Assembly (NCBI GenBank): GCA_944381075.1
Contig: CALWJT010000004.1
Location: 16,262 to 80,261, forward strand
DNA length: 64,000 nucleotides
Direction: 5' to 3'
Source: an uncultured Clostridia bacterium
GTDB lineage: Bacteria; Bacillota; Clostridia; Oscillospirales; CAG-272
The notes below the pieces were generated by a model, which saw only the letters and a program-made list of their open reading frames with translations, did not search any database and was not told the origin of the DNA. Shown here piece by piece: positions 41,780 through 50,172 of the stretch (positions are counted from its first letter, which is position 1; the number at the start of each line of letters is the position of its first letter). The translations under genes were made by a program, and so were the position numbers.

Positions 41780-42712
41780 ATGAAAACAGTGGGAAAGATT
41801 ATTTTCATCATTGCTGTTGTGCTTGTGATTTTGGTAATACTCGGTTATTTTGGACTGAAAAAATTATGGACGATTATATTGACTGCGCCTATGGCGCCGG
41901 AGAATTATATTTCGGAAGTGAAAACCGGAGGCGAAATCGAAGCAAAATACATGGCGGCCGGAAAGTATGAAACCGGTTATTTTGAAACGGATTATCCGGA
42001 AAATGCAGATATCGACAAAATTGAAATTTGGTATCCTACGGAATTGGAAGCGAGCAGTACAAAATATCCGGTGGTTTTATTTGTAAACGGCACAGGGGTA
42101 TCTGCTTCCAGATACAAGCCGGTGTTCGAACATCTTGCATCGTGGGGCTTCATCGCGATCGGCAACGAAGACCCGTCCACGTGGGAAGGAAAGAAGGCGG
42201 ACGCAACGCTGTCATGGCTTTTGGCTGCCAATGAAGACGAAACCAGCATTTTTTATCATAAGGTTGATACGGAAAATATCGGCATTACGGGACATTCCCA
42301 AGGCGGAGTCGGCGTATTCAGCACCATTCACAATACAGAACATAAGGATATGTATCGATGCGCTGTCAGCCTGTCTCCCACACAGGAAGATACGGCAGAG
42401 GCCTTGAAAATGCCCTATGATTCTTCCAAGACAACCATTCCTGTCATGATTCTTGCTGGCGCACCTAAGGATGTCATTTCGCTTGAAGGGCTGAACGATA
42501 TGTTCAGCGGGATTTCCTCCGGTGTTGTTATCGCACGGAGAAGCCATACGGATCATGGACAAATGCTGTATTCCGCAGATGGATATGTAACGGCATGGTT
42601 TATGTGGCAGCTTCAGGGGGATGAGAATGCCGCAAAAGCTTTTATTGGAGAGATCCCTGAGATTATGAGCAACGCATTGTACCAAGACCAGCAGATCGAT
42701 CTTTCTAAATAA
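41780..42712 (+). CDS. Membrane-anchored alpha/beta hydrolase (chlorophyllase/cutinase/dienelactone-hydrolase-like)
   Basis: 310 aa with an N-terminal TM helix and nucleophile elbow GHSQGG. VVLFVNGTG is a pattern typical of this fold. Confidence 0.75.
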   Translation: MKTVGKIIFIIAVVLVILVILGYFGLKKLWTIILTAPMAPENYISEVKTGGEIEAKYMAAGKYETGYFETDYPENADIDKIEIWYPTELEASSTKYPVVLFVNGTGVSASRYKPVFEHLASWGFIAIGNEDPSTWEGKKADATLSWLLAANEDETSIFYHKVDTENIGITGHSQGGVGVFSTIHNTEHKDMYRCAVSLSPTQEDTAEALKMPYDSSKTTIPVMILAGAPKDVISLEGLNDMFSGISSGVVIARRSHTDHGQMLYSADGYVTAWFMWQLQGDENAAKAFIGEIPEIMSNALYQDQQIDLSK

Positions 42713-42724
42713 AAATAAGCGCTG

Positions 42725-43200
42725 TGAGGCGGGATGTTCTGAGGATCCTTTAAACGAGGAAAGCGCACGAAAAAAATATAAAAACAGCAGATTCGCCTTA
42801 GTCTGTCTGAAAGGGAAGCGGTTACTGTATCGGAGATCTTGAAACGGAACTTATACTGCTCCTTTTATCGTCTGCGGTGCTTGGAGCGCCTGCGGCGGAG
42901 ACAACGATTTACGTATACTCGCTTTTCCAAAATTGATACCGCCCTCGCCGGAAAAATCCCGATCTTCGGCGAGGGCTTTGGCCGTATAGGTTCTCTCAAA
43001 CAAGGGGCCGCGACGGGCTCGCTCACGGCAGAAATTCGGAAGGATTTGGCCGACGTGCGGGATACGATCCTGACAAGAGCCAAAGCCGCGGGAACGGAGT
43101 GGGCTTTGCTGCAAGACGCGGGCATTCCCCGCACTGCCGGTGAGGACCGTGCGGCAGGGCGGCAGACCCTTTTGGTAAAAAGCGAACCGTCCAAAACGCA
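42725..43200 (+). repeat. Copy A (full length, ~475 nt) of the dispersed non-coding element family
   Basis: Colinear with copy B over ~450 nt at offsets of 14.95-15.01 kb (anchor list is in the findings). Many GC hairpins and no credible CDS. Confidence 0.6.
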
Positions 43201-43201
43201 A

Positions 43202-43231
43202 GGCGGCACAGCCCGAAAGGGCTGCGCCGCC
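43202..43231 (-). terminator. GC-rich hairpin, probable rsgA terminator
   Basis: 13-bp stem GGCGGCACAGCCC-GAAA-GGGCTGCGCCGCC. On the minus strand it is followed by TTGCGTTTTGG. It lies 46 nt downstream of the rsgA stop. Confidence 0.5.
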
Positions 43232-43276
43232 TTGTATGGTTGCTTCGTCTGCCGCACCTGACGTTTGCGGTAAGCT

Positions 43277-44206
43277 TTATTTCTTTTTCCAGGGACGCTT
43301 CCCGGCGAGGTCCGCGTAAATGGAAAGGTAGCTTTCATAGCGTTCTTTAGGGATGTCCCCGCGCGATACGGCGCGGACGATGCCGCAATCGCTCTCCTTG
43401 GTATGAGAACAGTCCGAGTATCGGCATTCCCTGAGAAAGGTCTCAAATTCCGGAAAGCAATGCGGGAGATCTTCCACCGTATAAAAGTCGAATTCGATAA
43501 AATCGAGCATAGAAAAGCCGGGCGTATCTGCTACATATCCCTTTGCGTTTTTTCTCATGAGCTCCGATTTAGGATACAGCGTTACGCTGCGTGTGGTATG
43601 CCGTCCTCTGGAGATTTTTTCAGAGAGCATGCCCGTTTCCAGAGAAAGAGACGGGAAAAGCGCGTTCATGAGCGTTGATTTCCCGACGCCGGAGGCTCCC
43701 GCAAAAGCGCATATCCCGCCGATCCCATATAGATATCGCTCCAGCTCGGCAATGCCAGTTCCTTGAGAGGAAGAGCAAATAAAGACAGGAAAACCTGCTT
43801 TTCGGTAGATTTCCGCATAAGATACGGCTTTTTCCATGGAAAGATCCGCTTTGGTGATAACGACAGCCGGCTCGATTTTTTCGTATACCGCAATAGAAAG
43901 CAGCTTATCGAGATATAGCATGCTTGGATCCGGATTTGCCGCGGCAAAGGTGACAAAAAGTGTATCGAGATTCGCGATCGGCGGGCGAATCAGCGCGTTG
44001 CGGCGCGGGTGGATGGCTTCTATCAAATAATTCTCCCCTGCAAGGGCAGGACATCTGACGGTAACCATATCCCCTGCCAGCGGAATGCTTCCGGCATGCC
44101 GGAAATTGCCCTTCGCCCGGCAGGGGAAGCGCTCGCCTGTCTTTGTCTGCACCGTATATAACCCGCCGACACCGGAAACGATGACCCCTTCCTTTTTCTC
44201 GTTCAT
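43277..44206 (-). CDS. rsgA: Ribosome small-subunit biogenesis GTPase RsgA (CpgA/YloQ)
   Basis: ATG at 44206 (MNEKKEGVIVSGVGGLYTV) overlaps the kinase stop (ATGA). Motifs GASGVGKSTL and a C-terminal zinc knuckle CRYSDCSHTKESDC. Confidence 0.9.
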   Translation of the reverse strand: MNEKKEGVIVSGVGGLYTVQTKTGERFPCRAKGNFRHAGSIPLAGDMVTVRCPALAGENYLIEAIHPRRNALIRPPIANLDTLFVTFAAANPDPSMLYLDKLLSIAVYEKIEPAVVITKADLSMEKAVSYAEIYRKAGFPVFICSSSQGTGIAELERYLYGIGGICAFAGASGVGKSTLMNALFPSLSLETGMLSEKISRGRHTTRSVTLYPKSELMRKNAKGYVADTPGFSMLDFIEFDFYTVEDLPHCFPEFETFLRECRYSDCSHTKESDCGIVRAVSRGDIPKERYESYLSIYADLAGKRPWKKK

Positions 44207-45435
44207 AGGCGTAGATACCTCAAAATCGAAAGGGTTTCTTTTAGGCAAGATGCCGGTGTTTGTTCGATGGGAGAAAGAAGCTCTTCGATCTGCGCCATCT
44301 TCGCATCTGCAAGAGCATGGAAGAGAATGATGAATCCAACGATGGCGAGCACCAAAAAGGCAAGACAAATCACAATAACCACTGAGAACGGCACGTATTC
44401 CGGCGTCCGTCTTTTTCGGGAGAGCGGGACCGCTTTATGGGACGGGGCCGGAGAGGAGGAACGCGGCGCCGCTTTGGCGGCGTTGGGAGCTGGCTTTCCG
44501 CTTGTTTCGTCTGGCTCAGGGTGTACGGTCGTGCGCTGAATGGCGACCTCGGCGGTCGGCGTGCGCGGCGCTGGCGTTTGCTTTTGAAAGATCGTAGTCG
44601 GGTCCTTTTTGATTCGATAAATGTGCCTCAGCATTTGAGAAGCGCTCTGATAGCGGTTGACGACGTCTTTCTCCATTGCACATAGGATGATCTGCTCGAG
44701 TCCGAGCGGGATCTTGGGATTCAGCTTTTTCGGAGGCGTCGGCGTATCGCTGATATGCTTGAGCATGATCCCATAGGAATTTTCTGCGAGGAACGGGAGC
44801 TTTCCCGTCACCATTTCATAATACATGACGCCAAGGGAATAAATATCGCTTCGCTCGTCAATTTTTTTGCCCTTGGCCTGTTCCGGACTGATGTAGTAGA
44901 TGGTCCCGATCGCGTGGTCTATCATCGTGACCGTTTCTGCGTTTGGAATCTTTGCAATGCCGAAGTCCGTTACCTTGATGACGCCGCCTTCCATGACCAT
45001 GATGTTCTGCGGCTTGATGTCTCGGTGGATCACGCCCTTCATATGCGCGTGATCAAGCGCTAGAAGAATTTGAGAGATAAATTCCGTCGCCTCCCGCCAG
45101 TCGAGTGTACCCTTCCGGTTCATATATTCACGCAGCGTAATGCCGCGGATATACTCCATGACAATGAATTTATGGTCCGTTTTGACCGAAACGTCGAGGA
45201 TCTTTACGATATTTGGATGATTGAGCATCGCGACAGCCTTGGATTCGTTGATAAAGCGGCGCAGTGCCTGCGCATTGTCGGAAATGGAATCCTTCAGCAT
45301 CTTCAGGGCGACGCGCTTGTTTGTCATAAGATCTGTCGCCTCGTAGACGATCGCCATTCCGCCGACGCCGATGGTGCGGTTGATTTTGTATCTGCCGTCG
45401 AATACTTCGCCGATATTTTTTTTGAACACATCCAT
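44203..45435 (-). CDS. Ser/Thr protein kinase (PrkC/PknB family) lacking PASTA repeats
   Basis: 410 aa. GVGGMAIVY, VALK, HRDIKPQN, DFGIA and SPEQ motifs, a Pro/Ala linker, one TM helix, then only ~45 extracellular residues. Confidence 0.9.
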   Translation of the reverse strand: MDVFKKNIGEVFDGRYKINRTIGVGGMAIVYEATDLMTNKRVALKMLKDSISDNAQALRRFINESKAVAMLNHPNIVKILDVSVKTDHKFIVMEYIRGITLREYMNRKGTLDWREATEFISQILLALDHAHMKGVIHRDIKPQNIMVMEGGVIKVTDFGIAKIPNAETVTMIDHAIGTIYYISPEQAKGKKIDERSDIYSLGVMYYEMVTGKLPFLAENSYGIMLKHISDTPTPPKKLNPKIPLGLEQIILCAMEKDVVNRYQSASQMLRHIYRIKKDPTTIFQKQTPAPRTPTAEVAIQRTTVHPEPDETSGKPAPNAAKAAPRSSSPAPSHKAVPLSRKRRTPEYVPFSVVIVICLAFLVLAIVGFIILFHALADAKMAQIEELLSPIEQTPASCLKETLSILRYLRL

Positions 45436-45455
45436 TTTTTTTGCTACCTCAGAAA

Positions 45456-46235
45456 TCAGAATTTAGCAAGTACGGCGGTAATGTTATCACTTCCGCCCTT
45501 GGCGTTTGCATATGCGATGAGCATATCGGCTTTTTTGGCAAGATCGATTTCCGGTGCGGACCGTGCGCGTGACATGGATCCGTATAGGATATCGACAAGG
45601 ATTTTGTTGTCGGCATAATTGGAGAGCCCATCTGAGCAGAGAAGCAGATAACCGCTCTCCCACGGCTCAAGCGGAGCGCTGAAAAAATCGACGTCGAGCT
45701 TTTCTGCGACGCCCACGGCGCGCGTGATGACATTCTTGCGGGGATAATACTGCGCTTCGTCCGGCGTCAGCTTCCCGTTGTCGATCAGATACTGCACGAA
45801 GGAGTGATCCTTTGTGACAAGCTTTGCTTCATATCTTGTCACGATGTAAAGGCGGCTGTCCCCGACGTTGATGGCGTAGAACCAGCCCCTGAAAATGATG
45901 GCGGCGACAAGTGTCGTTCCCATCCCATGGCATTCTTCGTTCTCGCTGGAGAGATGATAGATCACCGCGTTGGCGTCGGATGCCGCACATACCAGCGTAT
46001 ACCGGATGAATTCGAGGATTTTGTCCGGTTTTTCCTCGAGGCAGGGGGTGGAAATGATTTTGTTGCAGAAAACCTCGATTGCCGTTTGACTTGCAATTTC
46101 GCCTGCTTTGTGACCGCCCATTCCGTCGCAGACGACGAGAAGAACCGCGTCCCCGCCCCATATGCTGATGCACCGATAGCTGTCCTGGTTGATCTGCCGC
46201 CGCATCCCGACGTCGCTTTTTCCGCAAAAATACAT
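45456..46235 (-). CDS. PP2C-family Ser/Thr phosphatase (PrpC/Stp)
   Basis: ATG at 46235 (MYFCGKSDVGMRRQINQDSY). Motifs DGMGGH and GGSDNITAV. Confidence 0.9.
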   Translation of the reverse strand: MYFCGKSDVGMRRQINQDSYRCISIWGGDAVLLVVCDGMGGHKAGEIASQTAIEVFCNKIISTPCLEEKPDKILEFIRYTLVCAASDANAVIYHLSSENEECHGMGTTLVAAIIFRGWFYAINVGDSRLYIVTRYEAKLVTKDHSFVQYLIDNGKLTPDEAQYYPRKNVITRAVGVAEKLDVDFFSAPLEPWESGYLLLCSDGLSNYADNKILVDILYGSMSRARSAPEIDLAKKADMLIAYANAKGGSDNITAVLAKF

Positions 46236-46298
46236 GTAAGAGTTCCTTTCAAAGGTTATAATTTTATGTAAAACCAATATATGGAAAATATGTAAAAC

Positions 46299-47333
46299 TT
46301 ATTCGAGACTTGCTGCGCGCAGCTGACCGCAGGAGGCGTCGATGTCGGAACCAAGCCGGCGGCGCACGGTCGCGGTGATCCGTCGGGATTCCAGCGCTTC
46401 TGCAAAACGCCGGATGCTGCCCTGATTGCTCGGCTGAAAGCCGCGTTCCCGCACGGGATTGACCGGGATAAGGTTGACATGCAGGGGCATTCCGGCGCAG
46501 TACCGGTAGAGCACGTCGGCAAGCTTTTGCGCATCCGCCCGCCTGTCGTTTTTCCCCTCCACAAGCGTATATTCAAACGAGATCCGCCGCTTCGTTTTTT
46601 CAAAGTAGTCAAGACACGCGGGCAGGAGCGCCTCCAGGTTCCATTTTTTGTTTACCGGCATGAGGGAGGACCGCGTCTCGTCGTCCGCGGCATGCAGGGA
46701 GATCGAGAGGGTGATCGGAAGATTTTCCTCTGCGAGCCTTTGGATTTTGTCCACCAAGCCGCAGGTGGAAAGGGAAATGTGCCGGTATCCGATGTTCAGT
46801 CCGTCCGGCGAGGCGACAAGGTGCAGAAATTTTATCACGTTGTCGTAATTGTCAAGCGGCTCTCCGATGCCCATAAGTACAATCCCGGAGATCCGCTCGC
46901 CGATATCCTTCTGTGTTTCGATGACCTGAGAGAGCATTTCCGAGGGAAGCAGACGGCGGGAAAGCCCCTTTAACGTGGAGGCACAGAATGCGCATCCCAT
47001 CGGACAGCCGGCTTCTGTGGAAATACAAACGGTGTTTCCGTGCTGATAACGCATGAAGACGGTCTCGACGGCTTCTCCGTCATGGAGCCGATATAAGTAT
47101 TTGATGGTCCCGTCGGAGGAGACGAGCTTCTTGACGGGAGCTGCGGCGGCAAGATAGGCATGGGCTTCCAGCTTCGTGCGAAGCGGCAGCGGGAGGTTTT
47201 TCATTTCGGAAAAGCCCACTCCGCGGACGAGCCATTCCATGATTTGTGCCGCGCGGTATTTCGGCTCCCCAAGGGAGACGATCCATTCGGTAAGCTCCTC
47301 TTTTGTCATGCTTAATATATCGATACGTTCCAT
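46299..47333 (-). CDS. rlmN: 23S rRNA/tRNA (adenine-C2)-methyltransferase RlmN (radical SAM)
   Basis: GCPMGCAFCAS radical-SAM cluster. ATG at 47333 (MERIDILSMTKEEL) follows GGAG by 6 nt; the alternative start at 47354 has no RBS. Confidence 0.9.
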   Translation of the reverse strand: MERIDILSMTKEELTEWIVSLGEPKYRAAQIMEWLVRGVGFSEMKNLPLPLRTKLEAHAYLAAAAPVKKLVSSDGTIKYLYRLHDGEAVETVFMRYQHGNTVCISTEAGCPMGCAFCASTLKGLSRRLLPSEMLSQVIETQKDIGERISGIVLMGIGEPLDNYDNVIKFLHLVASPDGLNIGYRHISLSTCGLVDKIQRLAEENLPITLSISLHAADDETRSSLMPVNKKWNLEALLPACLDYFEKTKRRISFEYTLVEGKNDRRADAQKLADVLYRYCAGMPLHVNLIPVNPVRERGFQPSNQGSIRRFAEALESRRITATVRRRLGSDIDASCGQLRAASLE

Positions 47334-47360
47334 GCTTTGCTCCATCCTGATCATATCGGC

Positions 47361-48680
47361 TTATATCCTGCTTTTTTTGAGCTTTGCGATAAAGAATCCG
47401 TCGGTTTGAACTTCATGCGGAAAAATTTCACACATCCCGCCGGAGCTTATTTTTCCAACCTCGAATGGACAAAGCGAGAACTCCGGATGACGTATTAAAA
47501 ACCGGTCGATGATCTCGCCGTTTTCGGCGGGATTCAGCGTACAGGTGGAATAGACGAGTACGCCGCCCGGCCTCACGTATGCGGCATTGGTTTCGAGGAT
47601 CCTCTCCTGCAGAGCGGGCAGCCGCCGGATGTCGTCTTCCGATTTATAGCGGATATCCGGTTTTTTCGCCAGAACGCCGAGGCCGGAGCAGGGAACATCG
47701 CATAAGACTCGATCAAAGGCGGGCATCCCCTCTCGCGGCACGGAGGCGTTCTGCACGTCCGTGCGGATGATGGAGATCCCGAGCGAAGAAGCGCCCCTCT
47801 CGATCAGGGAGAGCTTGTTTTGATGCAGGTCCAGGGCGAGGATGCTTCCCTTATTCTGCATGGTGAGCGCCATCCCAAAGCTTTTTCCCCCCGGACAGGC
47901 GCAGGCGTCGAGGACCATGTCGCCGGGGGATGCTCCCACCGCAGCGGCGCAGAGCGCGGATGCCTCGTCCTGAACAAAATATTTTCCCTCAAAGGGAGCG
48001 AGCTTCTCTAACGGGACTGCCGCCTGAAGACGGACGCTGGTCTTCACAAGCGCGCCGGGCTCAGCGCGGATGCCGGCATCTTCAAGTGCGCGCAGAAAAT
48101 CGGAAGGCGTACACGTTAAGGTATTGACGGTAAGCGTCATTGTCGGTGCGGCGTTGATGGTTTCAAGAATGCTCTCGGTCTTTTCCCGACCGTAGGCGTC
48201 CAGCCAAAGGCGGCAGATCCACACCGGCACGGAATAGAAAACAGAAAGGTATTCCGCGGTATTTTTTTCCTTATCCGGATAGGGGATGCTGCCACGTCGC
48301 CTGAGAAAGCTTCGCAGGACCGCGTTGATGAAGGCCTCGCTGTTCTTCTTGGCATAGAAGCGGCGCGCAAGCTTTACGCTTTCATTGACGGCGGCGGATG
48401 CCGGGATCCTTGTCATATAAAGGAGCTGGTAAAGTCCCAGCCTCAGGATGATGCGGACGTTAAGGTCGATATCCTCTTCCGGCCGGTCGGACAGGAGGGA
48501 GAGGATATAGTCCAGCGTGAGTTTGCGTTCGATCACGCCGTAAAAAAGCGCGGTATAAAGCCCTCTTTCCGCGCCGGAAAGGCCATTCCGCTCGATGGCG
48601 TAGGAAAGCTCGATGTTGGAATATACGCCGCTGTTCTCATATTTCATAAGGGAAAGAAAGGCGGTTTCTCTTGCGTTCAT
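47361..48680 (-). CDS. rsmB: 16S rRNA (cytosine-C5)-methyltransferase RsmB
   Basis: ATG at 48680 (MNARETAFLSL). NusB-like N-domain, SAM motif DACACPGGKS and catalytic PCSG. Confidence 0.9.
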   Translation of the reverse strand: MNARETAFLSLMKYENSGVYSNIELSYAIERNGLSGAERGLYTALFYGVIERKLTLDYILSLLSDRPEEDIDLNVRIILRLGLYQLLYMTRIPASAAVNESVKLARRFYAKKNSEAFINAVLRSFLRRRGSIPYPDKEKNTAEYLSVFYSVPVWICRLWLDAYGREKTESILETINAAPTMTLTVNTLTCTPSDFLRALEDAGIRAEPGALVKTSVRLQAAVPLEKLAPFEGKYFVQDEASALCAAAVGASPGDMVLDACACPGGKSFGMALTMQNKGSILALDLHQNKLSLIERGASSLGISIIRTDVQNASVPREGMPAFDRVLCDVPCSGLGVLAKKPDIRYKSEDDIRRLPALQERILETNAAYVRPGGVLVYSTCTLNPAENGEIIDRFLIRHPEFSLCPFEVGKISSGGMCEIFPHEVQTDGFFIAKLKKSRI

Positions 48681-48715
48681 GTGAGGCTCCGTATCCTGCC
48701 GCTCCCGCGGCGAGT

Positions 48716-49657
48716 TCAATGAAATCGATCGCTTGGAGCGATGCGGCGTCCTCGGATGAAATCTCCCGCCGACATTTCCTTTTTGCCCTCTGGGATCAGC
48801 TTTGAGATAAGAAGCTTGCCCTCTCCGCAGTTGACGCAAAGGATGCCGTCTCCCTTGGCGGAAAGCAGGGAAATGGTGCCGGGCTCTCCGTCCGCCGGCT
48901 CGGAAAGAGGACGCGAGGCCGTGATTTTCACATTGCCGGAGGGAAGCGCTGCCTCGGCGCCGGGGGCCGGCGAGAACGCGCGGATCTTGTTGTGCAAAAC
49001 GGCAGCCGGCGCGTGAAAATCCAGAAGCCTGTCCGCTTTTTCGATTTTCGCGGCGTAGGTCGCGAGCGAATCGTCCTGTTTTTCTGCGTGAGCCGTACCG
49101 CCGAAGATCTTTTTCATCGTTTCCACGACGAGTCCGGCGCCGAGCGCCGCGAGCCTGTCGTGGACCTCGGCAAAATTTTCGGTCCCGTCAAGCGGGAAGG
49201 AGCCGCGCTCGAACATATCTCCGGTGTCCAGTCCCTCTTCCATTTTCATGATGGTGACGCCGATCTCCTTCTCTCCCGCGAGGATGGCGCGCTGGATCGG
49301 CGCTGCGCCGCGGTATTTCGGCAGCAGGGAGGCGTGGATGTTGATACAGCCGTATTTCGGCGCGTTCAGCACGTAGGGCGGCAGGATCCTGCCGTAAGCG
49401 GCGACGACGATGATGTCGGGCGCGATGGATTCCAGAGACGCGCGAAAATTTTCTTCTTTTAGATTGGCCGGCTGGAGGACCGGGATCCCGCGTTCAAGAG
49501 CGGTCACTTTGACCGGAGGCGGCGTCATGGCATGGCCGCGGTTTTTCGGCGTATCCTGCCTTGTCACGACGGCGGCGACCTCGTTCGGAAATGCTTCCGC
49601 GATTGCGGTGAGGGCCTGAGCGGCAAATTCAGGCGTTCCCATAAACAAAATTCTCAT
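48716..49657 (-). CDS. fmt: Methionyl-tRNA formyltransferase
   Basis: MRILFMGTPEFA and the HASLLPKYRG motif. ATGA overlap with the def stop. Confidence 0.95.
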   Translation of the reverse strand: MRILFMGTPEFAAQALTAIAEAFPNEVAAVVTRQDTPKNRGHAMTPPPVKVTALERGIPVLQPANLKEENFRASLESIAPDIIVVAAYGRILPPYVLNAPKYGCINIHASLLPKYRGAAPIQRAILAGEKEIGVTIMKMEEGLDTGDMFERGSFPLDGTENFAEVHDRLAALGAGLVVETMKKIFGGTAHAEKQDDSLATYAAKIEKADRLLDFHAPAAVLHNKIRAFSPAPGAEAALPSGNVKITASRPLSEPADGEPGTISLLSAKGDGILCVNCGEGKLLISKLIPEGKKEMSAGDFIRGRRIAPSDRFH

Positions 49658-50142
49658 GCCTTACTGTCCTCGTATTCTCCGTTTTCGTCGGGATAAAGGA
49701 TTTTATCCGCTTTGTCGGTGTAAAGAATGCCGTCAAGGTGGTCGATCTCATGGCAAAAGCAGCGGGCGAGCATTTCCGTCCCCTCATACGTCTGAAGAAC
49801 GCCGTTCCGGTCGAGTGCCTCGACGCGCACGAAGGAGGGACGCTTGACGATCCCCTGCTTTCCCGGCACGGAAAGACAGCCCTCCACACCGGTCATTTCT
49901 CCGCTTTGGGAGACGATTTTGGGATTGATGAGCTCCAATACCTCGTCGGGCGTGACTTCGATGACGACGATTCGGCGAAGCACGCCGACCTGCGGTGCCG
50001 CGAGCCCGACGCCGTCCGCAAGACGCATGGTTTCGAGCATATCGTCGAGCAGCGTAAGAATTCGCGGTGTGATTTCCGTCACCGGCCTGCTTTTTTTTCG
50101 CAGAGCGGGATCGTGTTCGGTTCTGATTTTGAGCTGTGCCAT
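49654..50142 (-). CDS. def: Peptide deformylase
   Basis: 162 aa with GVGLAAPQ, EGCLS and HEIDH motifs. Confidence 0.95.
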   Translation of the reverse strand: MAQLKIRTEHDPALRKKSRPVTEITPRILTLLDDMLETMRLADGVGLAAPQVGVLRRIVVIEVTPDEVLELINPKIVSQSGEMTGVEGCLSVPGKQGIVKRPSFVRVEALDRNGVLQTYEGTEMLARCFCHEIDHLDGILYTDKADKILYPDENGEYEDSKA

Positions 50143-50172
50143 GGCATCCTTGTCCTTTCATTTGGGGTTAGC

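Noticed and set aside
42713-43276. Known housekeeping RNAs (RNase P, SRP/4.5S, tmRNA, 6S) or cobalamin/T-box/c-di-GMP riboswitches in the long gaps at 42.7, 57.6, 39.6 and 22.1 kb
   Set aside because: I looked on both strands for GAGGAAAGTCC and ACAGAA.CCGGCTTA (RNase P), GGAAGGAAGCAGC (SRP), a tRNA-like CCA end with a tag ORF (tmRNA), the GCCACTG B12 box and the T-box sequence, and none is present. 6S cannot be excluded by eye, but the regions are too long and multi-copy.
42839-43446. ORFs 42839-43261 (+, 140 aa), 42865-43446 (-, 193 aa) and 42851-43201 (-, 116 aa) in the hydrolase-rsgA gap
   Set aside because: They are mutually overlapping frames on both strands with Cys/Arg-rich, motif-free translations. 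The related copy B differs by indels that are not multiples of three, so no frame is conserved. I also checked the minus strand for remnants of rpe or thiN, which follow rsgA in Bacillus, and saw none.
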